A DNA stretch of 64,000 nt from Polyangiales bacterium (GCA_038230375.1 JBBRNJ010000006.1:32001-96000), one strand, 5' to 3'; counted from the stretch's first letter, positions 8,257 to 18,820 are shown. Numbers and translations are program-made. The notes: generated by a model not told the origin, from the sequence alone.

Positions 8257-11200
8257 ATGCGTACTCACACTCTGCGCGTGCCGTTCCTCCTGGTCGCGTG
8301 TCTTGTCGTTGGCGTTGCGGCCTGCAGCAGCAGCAGCAGCGGAGACACCAGCACGGCGGATGGCGGAGCTCTCACGCTCACCGCCTCCAGCGACTCCACC
8401 GCCGACGGCCCCGTGACGATCACCGCAACGCCGGACTCGATCGCGGCCGAGGTCGCATGGACGCTCGAGGGCGCCGGCACCATCGCCGAGAACACGGGCG
8501 CGCAGACACACTACAAGGCGCCGAACCCCGCCACAGTCCCCGGCGCGAGCATCACTGTCACTGCCAAGGTCGGCACGCAGACCGCATCACTCAAGCTCAC
8601 CGCGGCACCCATGGCGCTCACAGCCGCGAAGATCCCCGGCCTCACCGCGCCCGTCAACGTGACGTTCGACGCGCAGGACGTGCCGCACGTCTTCTGCGCT
8701 GCCATGAACGACTGCCTCGCGGTGCAAGGCTACCTGCAGGCGCGCGACCGCTTCTTCCAGATGGACTTCTTCCGCCGTGTCGCGCGCGGCCGCCTCGCGT
8801 CGCTCATCGGCGACCCCGGCGTCTCGCAGGACAAGCAGCTCCTCACCATCTTCGTCACGCGTGACGGCAAGCGCATCGAGGACGCGCTGTTCGCCGTGGC
8901 CGACGCAGAGACCAAGGGCTGGCTCGGCGCTTACTCCGCCGGCGTCAACGCGTACCTCGGCACGCTGACCACTGCCGCGCAGCTCCCCGGCGAGTACGCA
9001 AAGCTCCCGCCGGTGTCGCCTGCCGCCATCCCGCGCTGGGAGCCGCAAGACACGCTCGCCATCGCGCGCCTGCAGCAATTCCAGCTGTCGGAGACGCTCT
9101 CGCAGGAGATGGACTACGGCACGCTCGCGGCCGCGTACGGCGTGGGTGGTCTCAAGCCAGACCCGGGCAAGTACAATGCGGCCATCCGTTCGGAGCAGCC
9201 GCTCGCGGGCTATACGCTCGGTGACGACTCGAAGATCGGCATGCACCGTCCGGCCGCGCCCCACGGGATGAGCGCGCCCATGATGAACATCGCGCCGTGG
9301 CTCGCGCCGATGGCAGAGGCCCGCCACAACTTCGAGTCGGTGCGTCCGATCTTCGGTCGCATCCTGGACGGCGCGGGCTCCAACAACTGGGTCGTGGACG
9401 CAGCGCACTCGCAGACCGGCAAGGCCATGGTCGCGAACGATCCGCACCTCTCGCTGAACTATCCGCCGCTGTTCCACCTGATCTCCATGACGGCGTCGGA
9501 CTCATCGGGCCTCGACGTCACCGGCGGTGCTTTCGCCGGGATCCCCGGCACGCTCGTGGGTCGCGGGAAGCATGTGGGCTGGGGCGTCACCGTCGTTGGC
9601 TACGACGTGACGGACGTGTACCTGGAGACGCTCGTCTGCGACAACCCCATGGGCATGCTCCTCTGCCCGCAGGTCCTCTACCAGGGCAAGCCCGTGTCGT
9701 TCTTGAACGTGCCCACCGCGCTCTCGTACTCGATCAAGATCGCCGGCAGCAACGTGCCGTTCCCGTGGACGGTGCTCGTGGTCCCGCACCACGGCCCGAT
9801 GATCGCCTACGACCCCATGAGCCAGACCGGCATGAGCGTGCGCTGGACCGGCCACGAGGTGACGCCGCAAGATCTCCGCGCGTTCCTCGGCCTCGGCACC
9901 GCCACATCCGTCGGTGACGCAACGCTACCGAAGGGCAGCGCATTCGCCGCGCTCAAGAACTATGCGGTCGGCGCGCAGAACTTCGTGCTCGCGGACGACC
10001 AGGGCAACATCGGCTATGATCCGCATGCGCTCGTTCCGAAGCGCCCGTGGGCTGGCGCGGGCGCGGGCCGCCTCCCGTGGCTTCCGCTCGACGGCAAGAG
10101 CGGCAATGCGGAGTGGGGCACCGGAAACGCCGCGGACAACTGCGCGGGCACCGGCGCAAACGCTCCAGCCGACGCGTGCTGGATCCCCGACAACCAGCTG
10201 CCGACCGCATGCGCGAGCGGCTGCACCGTCAACACGAAGGCCGCCGGCTTCAAGGGCTACCTCGCAACCGCGAACAGCGATCCCGCGGGCTACGGCGACA
10301 CCAGCGATCCAGTCTCGGGTCTACCCACCGGCGTCGCGGGCGCGCCCTATCTCAGCTTCGGCTGGGATGACCCCACGGACATGCGCTACTCGCGCATCGC
10401 ACAGCTGCTCAAGACGAACACGTCGAACGGCGGCAAGGTGTCCGTCGACGGCATGACGGCAATCCAGTCCGATCACCAGAGCCTCCTCGGCAAGGTGTTC
10501 GAGTCGCTCTACCCGCCGCTCGGCACAGCGCCCGCCAGCTACGCGTCCGCGCGCACCATCCTGGGCGCGTGGAAGGCGCAGGGCTACGACTGTCCCACCG
10601 GCCTCACAGATACCGATCCGAACGGCGCAGCGGTCGCGGACACAGTGGTGCTTGCAAACTCTGCCGGCTGCCTGCTCTTCCACCAGTTCCTGCGCACGGT
10701 GGTCAACAACGTCTTCGCGGACGACATTGGCGCCGTGAAGGGCATCACCGGCACCGCGATCGGCACGGACGGCGGGGGCGAACTGAAGGCGCTGCTCTAC
10801 ATGCTCTCGCTCAACCCGGCCGACGCCGGCACGCCCGCGCTCAGCACATTCTGCAACGACGTGGACACGAAGGGGGTCCTCACCACCGCGCACACCTGCC
10901 AGGAGCAGGTCATCACGGCGCTCGCGTCTGCGTACGACACCGTGAGCGGCGCGCTCGGCACCGACACCACCAAGTGGATATGGGGTCGCGTGCACACGGC
11001 CTCCGCGACCAGCCCATACGCCACGATCGTGGCGCCGTTCCTGGCGGGCCCGTTTGCGCGGCCCGGCGGCGCGTTCACCGTGGACGTCGGCTCGCCGTCA
11101 CTGGTGAAGAGCGACAAGCTCGACTTCTCGTACGGCCACGGCTCCAACGTACGGCACGTGTCCCTGATGTCCACGGACGCCGCAGCGAATGTGTGCAAGA

Positions 11201-11355
11201 TGCAACTACCTGGCGCGGAGAAGGACGGCCCCTGGACGAAGGGCGCCGCGCCGGATCTCATCGGTCAGTACATGAAGAACAAGTACTTCGACTTCCTGCT
11301 CGGCCCCGCCGTCAACCAGAGCGCATATTCGACCGAGACGTTCACGGCGCCGTAA
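8257..11355 (+). CDS. Penicillin acylase family (S45 Ntn-hydrolase) lipoprotein
   Basis: Lipobox VAAC; QGYLQARDRFFQMD; GSNNW nucleophile Ser; ANDPHL; HHGP; QNFVLADDQGNIG; WIWGRVH. Confidence 0.9.
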   Translation: MRTHTLRVPFLLVACLVVGVAACSSSSSGDTSTADGGALTLTASSDSTADGPVTITATPDSIAAEVAWTLEGAGTIAENTGAQTHYKAPNPATVPGASITVTAKVGTQTASLKLTAAPMALTAAKIPGLTAPVNVTFDAQDVPHVFCAAMNDCLAVQGYLQARDRFFQMDFFRRVARGRLASLIGDPGVSQDKQLLTIFVTRDGKRIEDALFAVADAETKGWLGAYSAGVNAYLGTLTTAAQLPGEYAKLPPVSPAAIPRWEPQDTLAIARLQQFQLSETLSQEMDYGTLAAAYGVGGLKPDPGKYNAAIRSEQPLAGYTLGDDSKIGMHRPAAPHGMSAPMMNIAPWLAPMAEARHNFESVRPIFGRILDGAGSNNWVVDAAHSQTGKAMVANDPHLSLNYPPLFHLISMTASDSSGLDVTGGAFAGIPGTLVGRGKHVGWGVTVVGYDVTDVYLETLVCDNPMGMLLCPQVLYQGKPVSFLNVPTALSYSIKIAGSNVPFPWTVLVVPHHGPMIAYDPMSQTGMSVRWTGHEVTPQDLRAFLGLGTATSVGDATLPKGSAFAALKNYAVGAQNFVLADDQGNIGYDPHALVPKRPWAGAGAGRLPWLPLDGKSGNAEWGTGNAADNCAGTGANAPADACWIPDNQLPTACASGCTVNTKAAGFKGYLATANSDPAGYGDTSDPVSGLPTGVAGAPYLSFGWDDPTDMRYSRIAQLLKTNTSNGGKVSVDGMTAIQSDHQSLLGKVFESLYPPLGTAPASYASARTILGAWKAQGYDCPTGLTDTDPNGAAVADTVVLANSAGCLLFHQFLRTVVNNVFADDIGAVKGITGTAIGTDGGGELKALLYMLSLNPADAGTPALSTFCNDVDTKGVLTTAHTCQEQVITALASAYDTVSGALGTDTTKWIWGRVHTASATSPYATIVAPFLAGPFARPGGAFTVDVGSPSLVKSDKLDFSYGHGSNVRHVSLMSTDAAANVCKMQLPGAEKDGPWTKGAAPDLIGQYMKNKYFDFLLGPAVNQSAYSTETFTAP

Positions 11356-11376
11356 GAGCGTGAAGCGGCGGAGCGA

Positions 11377-12000
11377 TCACTGGCACTGCACGGCGAGCGG
11401 CGTCGTGCAGGCGACGACCGCGCTCGGCCCTTCGCGTCCACACTGCGCACAGACCTGGCCTTCGTTCCAGGTCGCCGTGGCGAACGCGGAGCCATCGCCG
11501 GTGGTGCCGGAGACCTTCACGGTTCCCTTGTCGGAGTTCAGCGAGATGCTCACGCTCGTGGCCATGACCAGATTCTTCCCGTCGAAGAACTGGAACATGT
11601 TCGTGTCCAGGTTCGGATTCGACTTCAGGACGAAGCCGTCCTTCTCGCTGGTCCACACGCCGCACGCGGTGGCGCGGGCATCGCACTCGTCGAACAGGAA
11701 TCGGAAGGTGCCATCCGCATCGAGCGACACGTTGATGGCATCGAGCGCAGCGTCGCCGATGTTGTAGACGCGCGCGCCGGTGGTGGGGTTCGGCGGGGTT
11801 GGCGTGCCGCCGCTACTTCCGGAGCCGCTGCTTCCGGAGCCACTGCTAGAGCCGCCGCCGTTCGACCCGTTCGAGCCGCTGCTCGATGAAGACCCCGCGC
11901 CGCCGCCTGTGGCAGAGGACGAGGAGCCCGGGTCTGGCGCGATCGCGCCGCCGCACCCGGAGAGGACGACGAGCGCGACGAGAGCATGGCGTAGTTGCAT
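11377..12000 (-). CDS. Hypothetical lipoprotein with Ser/Gly-rich linker
   Basis: MQLRHALVALVVLSGC lipobox, S/G linker and Cys-containing C-terminal domain. Start reassigned to ATG 12000. Confidence 0.65.
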   Translation of the reverse strand: MQLRHALVALVVLSGCGGAIAPDPGSSSSATGGGAGSSSSSGSNGSNGGGSSSGSGSSGSGSSGGTPTPPNPTTGARVYNIGDAALDAINVSLDADGTFRFLFDECDARATACGVWTSEKDGFVLKSNPNLDTNMFQFFDGKNLVMATSVSISLNSDKGTVKVSGTTGDGSAFATATWNEGQVCAQCGREGPSAVVACTTPLAVQCQ

Positions 12001-12011
12001 GCGCGCGCACG

Positions 12012-12028
12012 TGCAGGTTGGATGCCAG
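12012..12028 (-). promoter_or_regulatory. Putative sigma54 (-24/-12) promoter
   Basis: Minus strand reads CTGGCATCCAACCTGCA (GG-N10-GC), just upstream of ATG 12000. Confidence 0.45.
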
Positions 12029-12119
12029 CGCGCAGGGCTCAAAAACAAGGTGAATCGTGCGTCCGGCGCCGCGCCATCGTGTGCCACCGAGACAGTCAGA
12101 TCCGGTCTATCTTGGTGAG

Positions 12120-15100
12120 ATGGATGGGTTCGTGGGGCGGGACGGCGAGCTGTCGAAGCTCGACTACGTGCTGTCGGAGGCCGCGCTCGGCGCGGGACGT
12201 CTCGCGCTCGTGTCCGGCGAGCCGGGAATCGGAAAGTCTCGCCTTGCCCAGGAGCTCGCACGTCTCGCAGAGGCGCGTGGGTTCGGCGTGGTGTGGGGAC
12301 GCTCGTGGGAAGCGGAAGGAACACCGGCCTACTGGCCGTGGATCGAGGCGCTCTGCGCGCTGGAGTCGAGCCCCGCGTTTCACGAGGTGGTCACGTCCGT
12401 GCGCGCGTCTGCGCCGGAGCTCGATACGCTCCTCGGTGGTCGCGCAGGCCCGAGCGCTGGCGCGGACACGAAGAGGGCTGCGTTCCAGCTGGGTGCCAGC
12501 GTCGTGCGGTTGCTCGGTGCAGCGTCCGCGCTGTCCCCGATCCTTCTGCTACTCGACGATCTGCATGTGGCCGATTCGCCCTCGCTGGAGCTCCTCGCGT
12601 TCGTCGCACGTCGCCTTCCCAGCACCAAGGTGCTGTGTGTCGGGACCACGCGCGATGCGCCTTCGATCTCCTCGCCTGAGACCACGGACAAGCTGTCATC
12701 GCTCGGCTCCGAGGCGACGCAGATCGCGCTGAGCGGGCTCTCGCGCGAGGTGGTGCTCGCGTGGGTGGAGCGAGAGTCGCCAGCGCTCGCTCTGCAGGCG
12801 GAGCGCGTGTTCGAGGGCTCTGCCGGCAACCCGCTCTTCGTGCGCGAATTGCTCTCCTCATGGCGCGCGGACTCGGATGGTCGCGCGCTTCCGCTCGGCG
12901 TGCGCGGCGCGATCCGCGCGCATTTGCAGCGCGTGTCGCCAGAGACCCTTCGCGTGCTCACCGTCGCATCCGTGCTTGGTCGCGATGTTCGAACCGATCT
13001 GCTTCGCGCCATCTACAACGGTGAAGATCTGAGCAGCCGGCTCGAGGAGGCACGCGCGGCGTCCATCCTGGCCAGCGCGAACGACGGACACACACGCTTC
13101 ACGCATGCCCTGGTCCGTGACGAGCTCTACGCGGGGCTCGCCGCCGCGGAGCGCGCGAGCTTGCACCGCGCGGTGGCCAGGCGCCTGGCACCCACGGAGC
13201 GCACGGGCGCGTTGGCGACCGAGGACCAGGCGGAGAGCGCCGCGCATCACGCACTGCTCGCGGCAGACGCGGACGGCGCTGCATGGACCATGTCCGTGGT
13301 CCTTGCGGGCATGGCAGCGGCCACGTCGAAGCTTGCGTTCTCGCAGGCGTGCGCGCTGGGCACGCGTGCACAAAGCGCGCTCGAGTCGTGGCTCACGCCG
13401 CGCGACGAAGCGGCCCTGCTTGTTGCGCTTGGAGAGGCGCAGATTCACGCCGGCATGCGCGAGCAGGGGCAGCGAACATGTGCGCTTGCCGCGGACCGCG
13501 CCGAGGCGGCCAATGACGCCGCGCTCCTGTCGCGTGCGGCGCTCGCGTTCGCGATCGAGCAGCGATTCGGGCGCCAGCCTGCAGCCATGGCACTTCTTCG
13601 AAGGGCGCGCGCTCTTCTCGGTGACGGCGAGCCGCAGCTTCGTGCAGTGGTGCTGGCGCGCCTTGCCACTGCCATGGTGCCGCCGCTGCCGGAAGAGAAG
13701 GATGAGCCTCTGGCGTTGGCCCGAAGCGCGCTGTCGCTCGCACGTGAGCACGGCAACGACGAGACGCGTCTCTCCGTCTTCACCATGCTGGCCACCGTGT
13801 TCCCGGAGGAGTTCCCGCTGTCCGAGCGCTTCTCGCTCAACGCAGAGGCGATAGCGCTCGCGGAAAAGCTTGGGCAAGTGGCCAGCGTCTCGCTCCTTTT
13901 CGGTTGGCAGATCGCATGCTGGTTGGAGCTGGGAAGGCTGGACGGTGCGCGACAAGAGCTCGCATTCGCGGAGAAGCGCTTCGCGGCACTGCCAGAGTAC
14001 TATCAGTGGCGGCCCTCGCTCCTCCGCGCGTTGATCGCCGCGCTCGACGGTCGGTGGGACGAAGCGAACGCGATCGGTCGACGTGTCCTAAGGTCAGGCG
14101 GGGAGGGCGCGATGTTCGCTTCCATCCAGCAAATGGTCATGCCGTACCTCCGTGGAGATGCTGATGGCTTCGCGGAGGTCGACGCCGAGATCGCTCGCAT
14201 CCACGCCGTCATCCCCGGCTCCAAGGTGTTCCTGAGCATCGGAGATGCGGTGCGCGGTCAGGTCGAGCAGGTGCGTGCAAAGCTCTCCGCCGCGCGTGAG
14301 ATGGATCTTTCGGGCGTGCCCGGCGTTGAACAGCTCGGCTGGCCCGTGGTCCGCAGCGGTCTCACGGACCTCGCCCCGTTCTACTACGACCTTGCTTGCT
14401 CTCGCACGAAGAGCCCGTTGTCGTTCGGTCCCGCTGCGACGTCGACAATGGGTCCGCGCGAGCTGCTCGCGGGGCGACTGGCGCATCTGGCCGGCAAGCT
14501 CGACGCCGCGCAAGAGCATCTAGAGCATTCGCTTGTATTCTGCATGCAGCTGGGCTCGGGGCCGCTCATCGCTCAGACGGAGCTCGCTCTGGCGGAGGTG
14601 CTGACGTCGAAGCGCTCGCCGGAGGCACGTGTTCATGCGCAGGCTGCGCTCGAGATCGCCGAGCCGCTCTCCATGCGCACGGTCGCTGCGCGCGCACGTG
14701 AGCTCGCTTCTTCCGCACCGCTGTCCGTGCGCCCTCCGCCTTTGGTCGCGCCGAGCACGCAGGCATTGTCGCTGCGCCGTCGCGGCGAGCTCTGGGCGAT
14801 CACGGTAGGCCCGTGCGAGATCCTGCTGAAGGACGCGCGCGGTCTTGCCTACCTGGACGCGCTGGTGAGCGCACCGCACATGGAGGTGCACGTGCTGGAG
14901 CTCCTTGGTGTTGGCGACCACGGCGACGCCGGCCCCGTGCTCGATGAGACGGCCAAGCGCGCATACAAGCAGCGCGCCACGGAGCTGCGCGCGGAGCTCG
15001 ACCTTGCCACGCGCTTCTCCGACAGAGGGCGAATCGAGAAGGCCCGCGCAGAGCTCGACGCTCTTGGCGAAGAGCTGTCGCGCGCTGTGGGCCTGGGCGG

Positions 15101-15281
15101 GCGCGACAAACGCGCGGCCTCTGCCGCCGAGAAGGCGCGCATCAACGTGCAACGTCGCCTGCGGGACGTGATCCGGCGCGCGACCGAGGCAGACGAAAAA
15201 ATCGGTATGCACCTCGAAGCCAGCGTGAAGACAGGCGTTTTCTGCCGCTATGCCCCGACCTGGCCTCCCACGGAACGATAG
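12120..15281 (+). CDS. STAND/AAA_16 ATPase-TPR regulator with C-terminal putative DNA-binding region
   Basis: FVGRDGEL, Walker A GEPGIGKS, Walker B LLLDDLH and GNPLF motifs. C-terminal DARGLAYL...EKARINV...VKTGVFCRYAP. Confidence 0.8.
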   Translation: MDGFVGRDGELSKLDYVLSEAALGAGRLALVSGEPGIGKSRLAQELARLAEARGFGVVWGRSWEAEGTPAYWPWIEALCALESSPAFHEVVTSVRASAPELDTLLGGRAGPSAGADTKRAAFQLGASVVRLLGAASALSPILLLLDDLHVADSPSLELLAFVARRLPSTKVLCVGTTRDAPSISSPETTDKLSSLGSEATQIALSGLSREVVLAWVERESPALALQAERVFEGSAGNPLFVRELLSSWRADSDGRALPLGVRGAIRAHLQRVSPETLRVLTVASVLGRDVRTDLLRAIYNGEDLSSRLEEARAASILASANDGHTRFTHALVRDELYAGLAAAERASLHRAVARRLAPTERTGALATEDQAESAAHHALLAADADGAAWTMSVVLAGMAAATSKLAFSQACALGTRAQSALESWLTPRDEAALLVALGEAQIHAGMREQGQRTCALAADRAEAANDAALLSRAALAFAIEQRFGRQPAAMALLRRARALLGDGEPQLRAVVLARLATAMVPPLPEEKDEPLALARSALSLAREHGNDETRLSVFTMLATVFPEEFPLSERFSLNAEAIALAEKLGQVASVSLLFGWQIACWLELGRLDGARQELAFAEKRFAALPEYYQWRPSLLRALIAALDGRWDEANAIGRRVLRSGGEGAMFASIQQMVMPYLRGDADGFAEVDAEIARIHAVIPGSKVFLSIGDAVRGQVEQVRAKLSAAREMDLSGVPGVEQLGWPVVRSGLTDLAPFYYDLACSRTKSPLSFGPAATSTMGPRELLAGRLAHLAGKLDAAQEHLEHSLVFCMQLGSGPLIAQTELALAEVLTSKRSPEARVHAQAALEIAEPLSMRTVAARARELASSAPLSVRPPPLVAPSTQALSLRRRGELWAITVGPCEILLKDARGLAYLDALVSAPHMEVHVLELLGVGDHGDAGPVLDETAKRAYKQRATELRAELDLATRFSDRGRIEKARAELDALGEELSRAVGLGGRDKRAASAAEKARINVQRRLRDVIRRATEADEKIGMHLEASVKTGVFCRYAPTWPPTER

Positions 15282-15325
15282 TTCCGCGCCGCGGAACCCC
15301 TTGCATGACGAAAGGGAAGTTCGCC

Positions 15326-15625
15326 ATGCACCACACGCTCTTTGCCATCTACACCCACCCCCGCGAGACCTGGATCCAGCAGAAGGGGTTCCTCCACGAG
15401 CGGATCATCCCGATGGTCAAGTCGCAGCCCGGCTTCATGTCCGGGACCTGGACCTACGACTCCAAGGAATCGCGCTCGTACGGCTGCGTGAAGTTCGGCA
15501 CGGAGCTGGAGGCGCGCGCGCTCGAGGCGTTCCTGCGCGACGAGGCCACGCGGCAGAACCCGATGGGCGTGGCGATGATCTCGATCGTCGTCACCGAGGT
15601 CGTCGGAGAAGCGAGCGCGACATGA
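15326..15625 (+). CDS. Small hypothetical protein (ABM/dimeric alpha-beta barrel-like)
   Basis: IIPMVKSQPGFMSGTW pattern. ATGA overlap with the next gene. Confidence 0.55.
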   Translation: MHHTLFAIYTHPRETWIQQKGFLHERIIPMVKSQPGFMSGTWTYDSKESRSYGCVKFGTELEARALEAFLRDEATRQNPMGVAMISIVVTEVVGEASAT

Positions 15626-16548
15626 GCACCGCGCGCGGGATCAAGAAGTGGCTTCGCCGTGTCGGCCTTGGCGTGGTGGTGCTCGTCGCGACAGCGGGTG
15701 CGGGCACCGGCGTCTTCGCGTACGCAAAGACGAGCGCCTATGACGAGAGCACGGACAAGGTCTATGACATCCCGCCGCTGCCCCTCACGCACGACGCGGA
15801 CCCCGCGAAGATCGCGCGCGGTAAGCACCTCGCCCAGTCGCTTGCGGGCTGCGCGATCAGAGCCTGCCATGGCGCGGACCTCACGGGCGGCCATGTGACG
15901 GACGGCGGTCCCGTTGGGCGGTCGGTCACACCCAACATCTCCGTGCTGCTCCCGCTCTACACCGACGGCGAGGTCGCGCGGCTCATTCGCCACGGCGTGA
16001 AGAAGGACGGGCGGACCGTGCGCTTCATGATCTCCAACAGCATGAACTGGCTGCCGGACGCGGACGTCGTCGCGCTGCTCTCCTATCTGCGCACCGTCCC
16101 GGTCACGCCGCGCGAGACCGGCAGCACGGAGATCAAGACGTTCGGCAAGGTGATGGACCGCCTGGGATATATTCCCATCGACATCGCGCGCCGTATCGAT
16201 CACTCGAACGTGGAGCTGGGCCCCGCGCCCTCGCCCACGGCGGAGTACGGCAAGTGGATCGCTCGCCATTGCACCGGCTGCCACGGCGAGCACATGAGCG
16301 GCGGACCGCTTCCCGGCACACCACCGAGCTTCAAGGCGCCGTTGAACCTCACGCCGGATCCGACGGGCCTTGCCGGCTGGTCGTACGAAGACTTCTTCCA
16401 GGTCGTGGAGAGCGGGAAGCGCAAGGATGGGACCCCGCTCGCCGAGTTCATGCCGGTGGACTTCATTCGCGGCATGGACGAGACCGAGCGTCACGCGCTC
16501 TGGGCGTATCTGCAGTCGCTGCCGGCGCGCCCTTTCGGAGGTCACTGA
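15622..16548 (+). CDS. Membrane-anchored di-heme c-type cytochrome
   Basis: N-terminal TM segment; heme motifs CAIRACH and CTGCH; PNI...LIRHGVKKDG and PLNLTPD...LWAYLQSLP. Confidence 0.85.
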   Translation: MSTARGIKKWLRRVGLGVVVLVATAGAGTGVFAYAKTSAYDESTDKVYDIPPLPLTHDADPAKIARGKHLAQSLAGCAIRACHGADLTGGHVTDGGPVGRSVTPNISVLLPLYTDGEVARLIRHGVKKDGRTVRFMISNSMNWLPDADVVALLSYLRTVPVTPRETGSTEIKTFGKVMDRLGYIPIDIARRIDHSNVELGPAPSPTAEYGKWIARHCTGCHGEHMSGGPLPGTPPSFKAPLNLTPDPTGLAGWSYEDFFQVVESGKRKDGTPLAEFMPVDFIRGMDETERHALWAYLQSLPARPFGGH

Positions 16549-16586
16549 GCGACGAACGCTGTACCATTCTCGACGTGAGGAGAACG

Positions 16587-17091
16587 ATGGCGCAGAAGTT
16601 CTCGATCGCGGTCAGCGCCGCGCTCCTCGTCGCATGCACGCGCTCCTCGTCACCTTCGTCCTCGACAGTGCAAGGCGCGGCGTCCGCCGTGGGCTCGTCA
16701 TCCACGAGCACGCGAACCAGCCGCGACGATGACGAGTGGGCAGCGAGCGACGCGAGAAAGCCAGCGCTGCTGCCCGAACTGGATCCAGACCTTCGCGGTC
16801 AAGTCACCTCGCGCGTGATCAAGGTCACGCCAGCTGACTCCCCGTTCCTCGCCGAAGGACGCATGTTCATCCTGGAGCGGACGAACAGGGTGGGCGAGGA
16901 GACGGTTCATCACCCGGATCAAGCCACTCACGCTCGCCGGCGGCGCTGGTCCGTGGCGTGGCGCGCTCTTTGCGAACAGCCGCCACCATCTCATCCGGCG
17001 CGTGGATGTCGCGCTCGCAGCGGATGGGAAGATCACGCTCACCGACACGGTCCTGGAGAAGGACGTCCCCATCCCCGGCGTGTCTCCGTGA
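16587..17091 (+). pseudogene. Frameshifted or internally deleted lipoprotein
   Basis: Starts with lipobox MAQKFSIAVSAALLVAC. Protein-like sequence shifts to the +1 frame near 16900 (RFITRIKPLTLAGGAGPWRGALF...TDTVLEKDVPIPGVSP, TGA at 17089-17091). Confidence 0.5.
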
Positions 17092-17107
17092 GCATGGGAT
17101 GGGAGGC

Positions 17108-18133
17108 ATGACCCCGCGAGATCCGCTCCAGGAGAGCGTGACAGCCACGATCATCGCGGGCGACGCGGATGCGGCCGCATGGCTGACGCTCGCCGATGAA
17201 TGTGTAGGATGCATTGATCCGCGCGCCGCGATCGACCTGCGCGAGAGCGTGCGCGCCTCCGGCCCGTCATCGCCTGGCGCACTGGATGCGCTCTGTCGCA
17301 TCATCCTTGGCCTGGAGTGCGACGCACACGACAAGGAGGCCGCGTCCGCGCGCCGTGCGTTCGACACGTGGTTCGGCGACGCCGAGCGAGCGCTGGGCGC
17401 GGGCATCGGCGCCCACGCACGCACGCTGGCGGAGCTCCTACGCGAGCACAACCTGCACAAGGATGCCGTGGCTGTCCTCACACGTGCGACGCGCCATGCG
17501 GACGACGAAGCGTGGAGGACCGCGTGCGCGCTGGGCGAGGCGCTGTGCGCGGCTGGCGAAGGTGAGCAGGCGATGGTCGTGCTTCGAGGGCTGCGCGCTT
17601 CCTCGATGGGCACCGCGCACGCGCTCTTCGTGTGCTCGACGTTCGCGCGCGTGGCGACGCAGCTCGGTCAGTACGACGACGCAATCGCGCTCTATCGTGA
17701 GCTGTCGCGCGACGAAGGAACATCGGAGGCTCGTCGCGAGGCCCTCCTGCGGGTGGCCATCGCCGCGCGCTCTTCCGGCGACGAGCCAGGCGCCCGCGCG
17801 GAGCTGTCTGCCTTGCTCGAGGGGCTACGGCGTGACGGCGTGCTCGCCACTGCATTCGGCGCGCAGGTGACCGATGAGCTCCTCGCGTTGCTCCTCTTGG
17901 CCCAGGACGAGGACGCGATCGCAGTCCAGGAGAGCCTGGTCGCGGCGGTCACCGCGGCGTGTGGCGCCGCGCACGTGGCAACCTTGCAGGAGCGCGCGAA
18001 CCTGTCGGTTGTGCTGGAGATGGTCGGCCACGAAGGTGAGGCGAAGGCGCTCGTCGCCGAGCTCACGAACCTTCGGCCGGAGGGCTTGTCGTTCGAGCGG
18101 TCGCGTCCACACCTCGCGCCGCTCGTCGCCTGA
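17108..18133 (+). CDS. TPR-like helical repeat hypothetical protein
   Basis: Ala/Leu-rich repeats such as LGQYDDAIALYREL. Confidence 0.55.
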   Translation: MTPRDPLQESVTATIIAGDADAAAWLTLADECVGCIDPRAAIDLRESVRASGPSSPGALDALCRIILGLECDAHDKEAASARRAFDTWFGDAERALGAGIGAHARTLAELLREHNLHKDAVAVLTRATRHADDEAWRTACALGEALCAAGEGEQAMVVLRGLRASSMGTAHALFVCSTFARVATQLGQYDDAIALYRELSRDEGTSEARREALLRVAIAARSSGDEPGARAELSALLEGLRRDGVLATAFGAQVTDELLALLLLAQDEDAIAVQESLVAAVTAACGAAHVATLQERANLSVVLEMVGHEGEAKALVAELTNLRPEGLSFERSRPHLAPLVA

Positions 18134-18758
18134 ACAGAAACACGCCGAGCGCGACAACAACGATGCCCGCGCCTGTCGCCACCCACGCCTCCTTCGGCGC
18201 GCTCTTCATCATCTCGAGCAGCTTCTGCCCGAAGAAGCTCATGAGAAGGAACGGCCCCAGATAGGCGAGAAACGAGCCCCAGAAGTGGGTGCGAAAGCGC
18301 ACCTTCGACACGCCGAAGAACGCGTTGAGCAGCGGCGCCGTCCAGAAGACGATGCGCAGCATGAACACGGTCGTGAACGCCCGCTTCTCCAGCGCATCGT
18401 CGTACTTCCGGAACCTCGAGGGAATCTTGGGCGAGAGAAAATCGCGCGCGACGAATCGTGCGAACGAAAATCCGACGAGGCTCGCGGCCATGCCGCCCGC
18501 CATCGAGAGACCGAACGCGATCGGCCACGGCCATATCAGCGCCGCGGCGAACACGAAGACCGTCCCCGGAATGCCCCACGGCTGGAAGATCCCGAACGCC
18601 GCGATGAACGCGACGTACCCCCACGGCCCGAGCTCCAGGAGCGCGCGCGAGAGCTCCGCCAGATCTGACAGCTTTGCGAGCACGCCCGTCTGCTGCGCGA
18701 CGACGAGCAAGATCACGACGAGCAGCGCGACGCCCGCCTTGGGATGCCATGATTTCAC
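18063..18758 (-). CDS. TVP38/TMEM64 (DedA/VTT) family membrane protein
   Basis: GPWGYVAFI, IPGTVFVFAAALIW, FARFVARD, LRIVFW and NAFFGVSKV motifs. GTG start at 18758 is inferred. Confidence 0.85.
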   Translation of the reverse strand: MKSWHPKAGVALLVVILLVVAQQTGVLAKLSDLAELSRALLELGPWGYVAFIAAFGIFQPWGIPGTVFVFAAALIWPWPIAFGLSMAGGMAASLVGFSFARFVARDFLSPKIPSRFRKYDDALEKRAFTTVFMLRIVFWTAPLLNAFFGVSKVRFRTHFWGSFLAYLGPFLLMSFFGQKLLEMMKSAPKEAWVATGAGIVVVALGVFLFRRRAARGVDATARTTSPPAEGS

Positions 18759-18820
18759 GTGAGTGTCATGCCTTGCTCGGAACAGTGTAACACCCACGCG
18801 CGTCGTGACATCCTTGGGGT

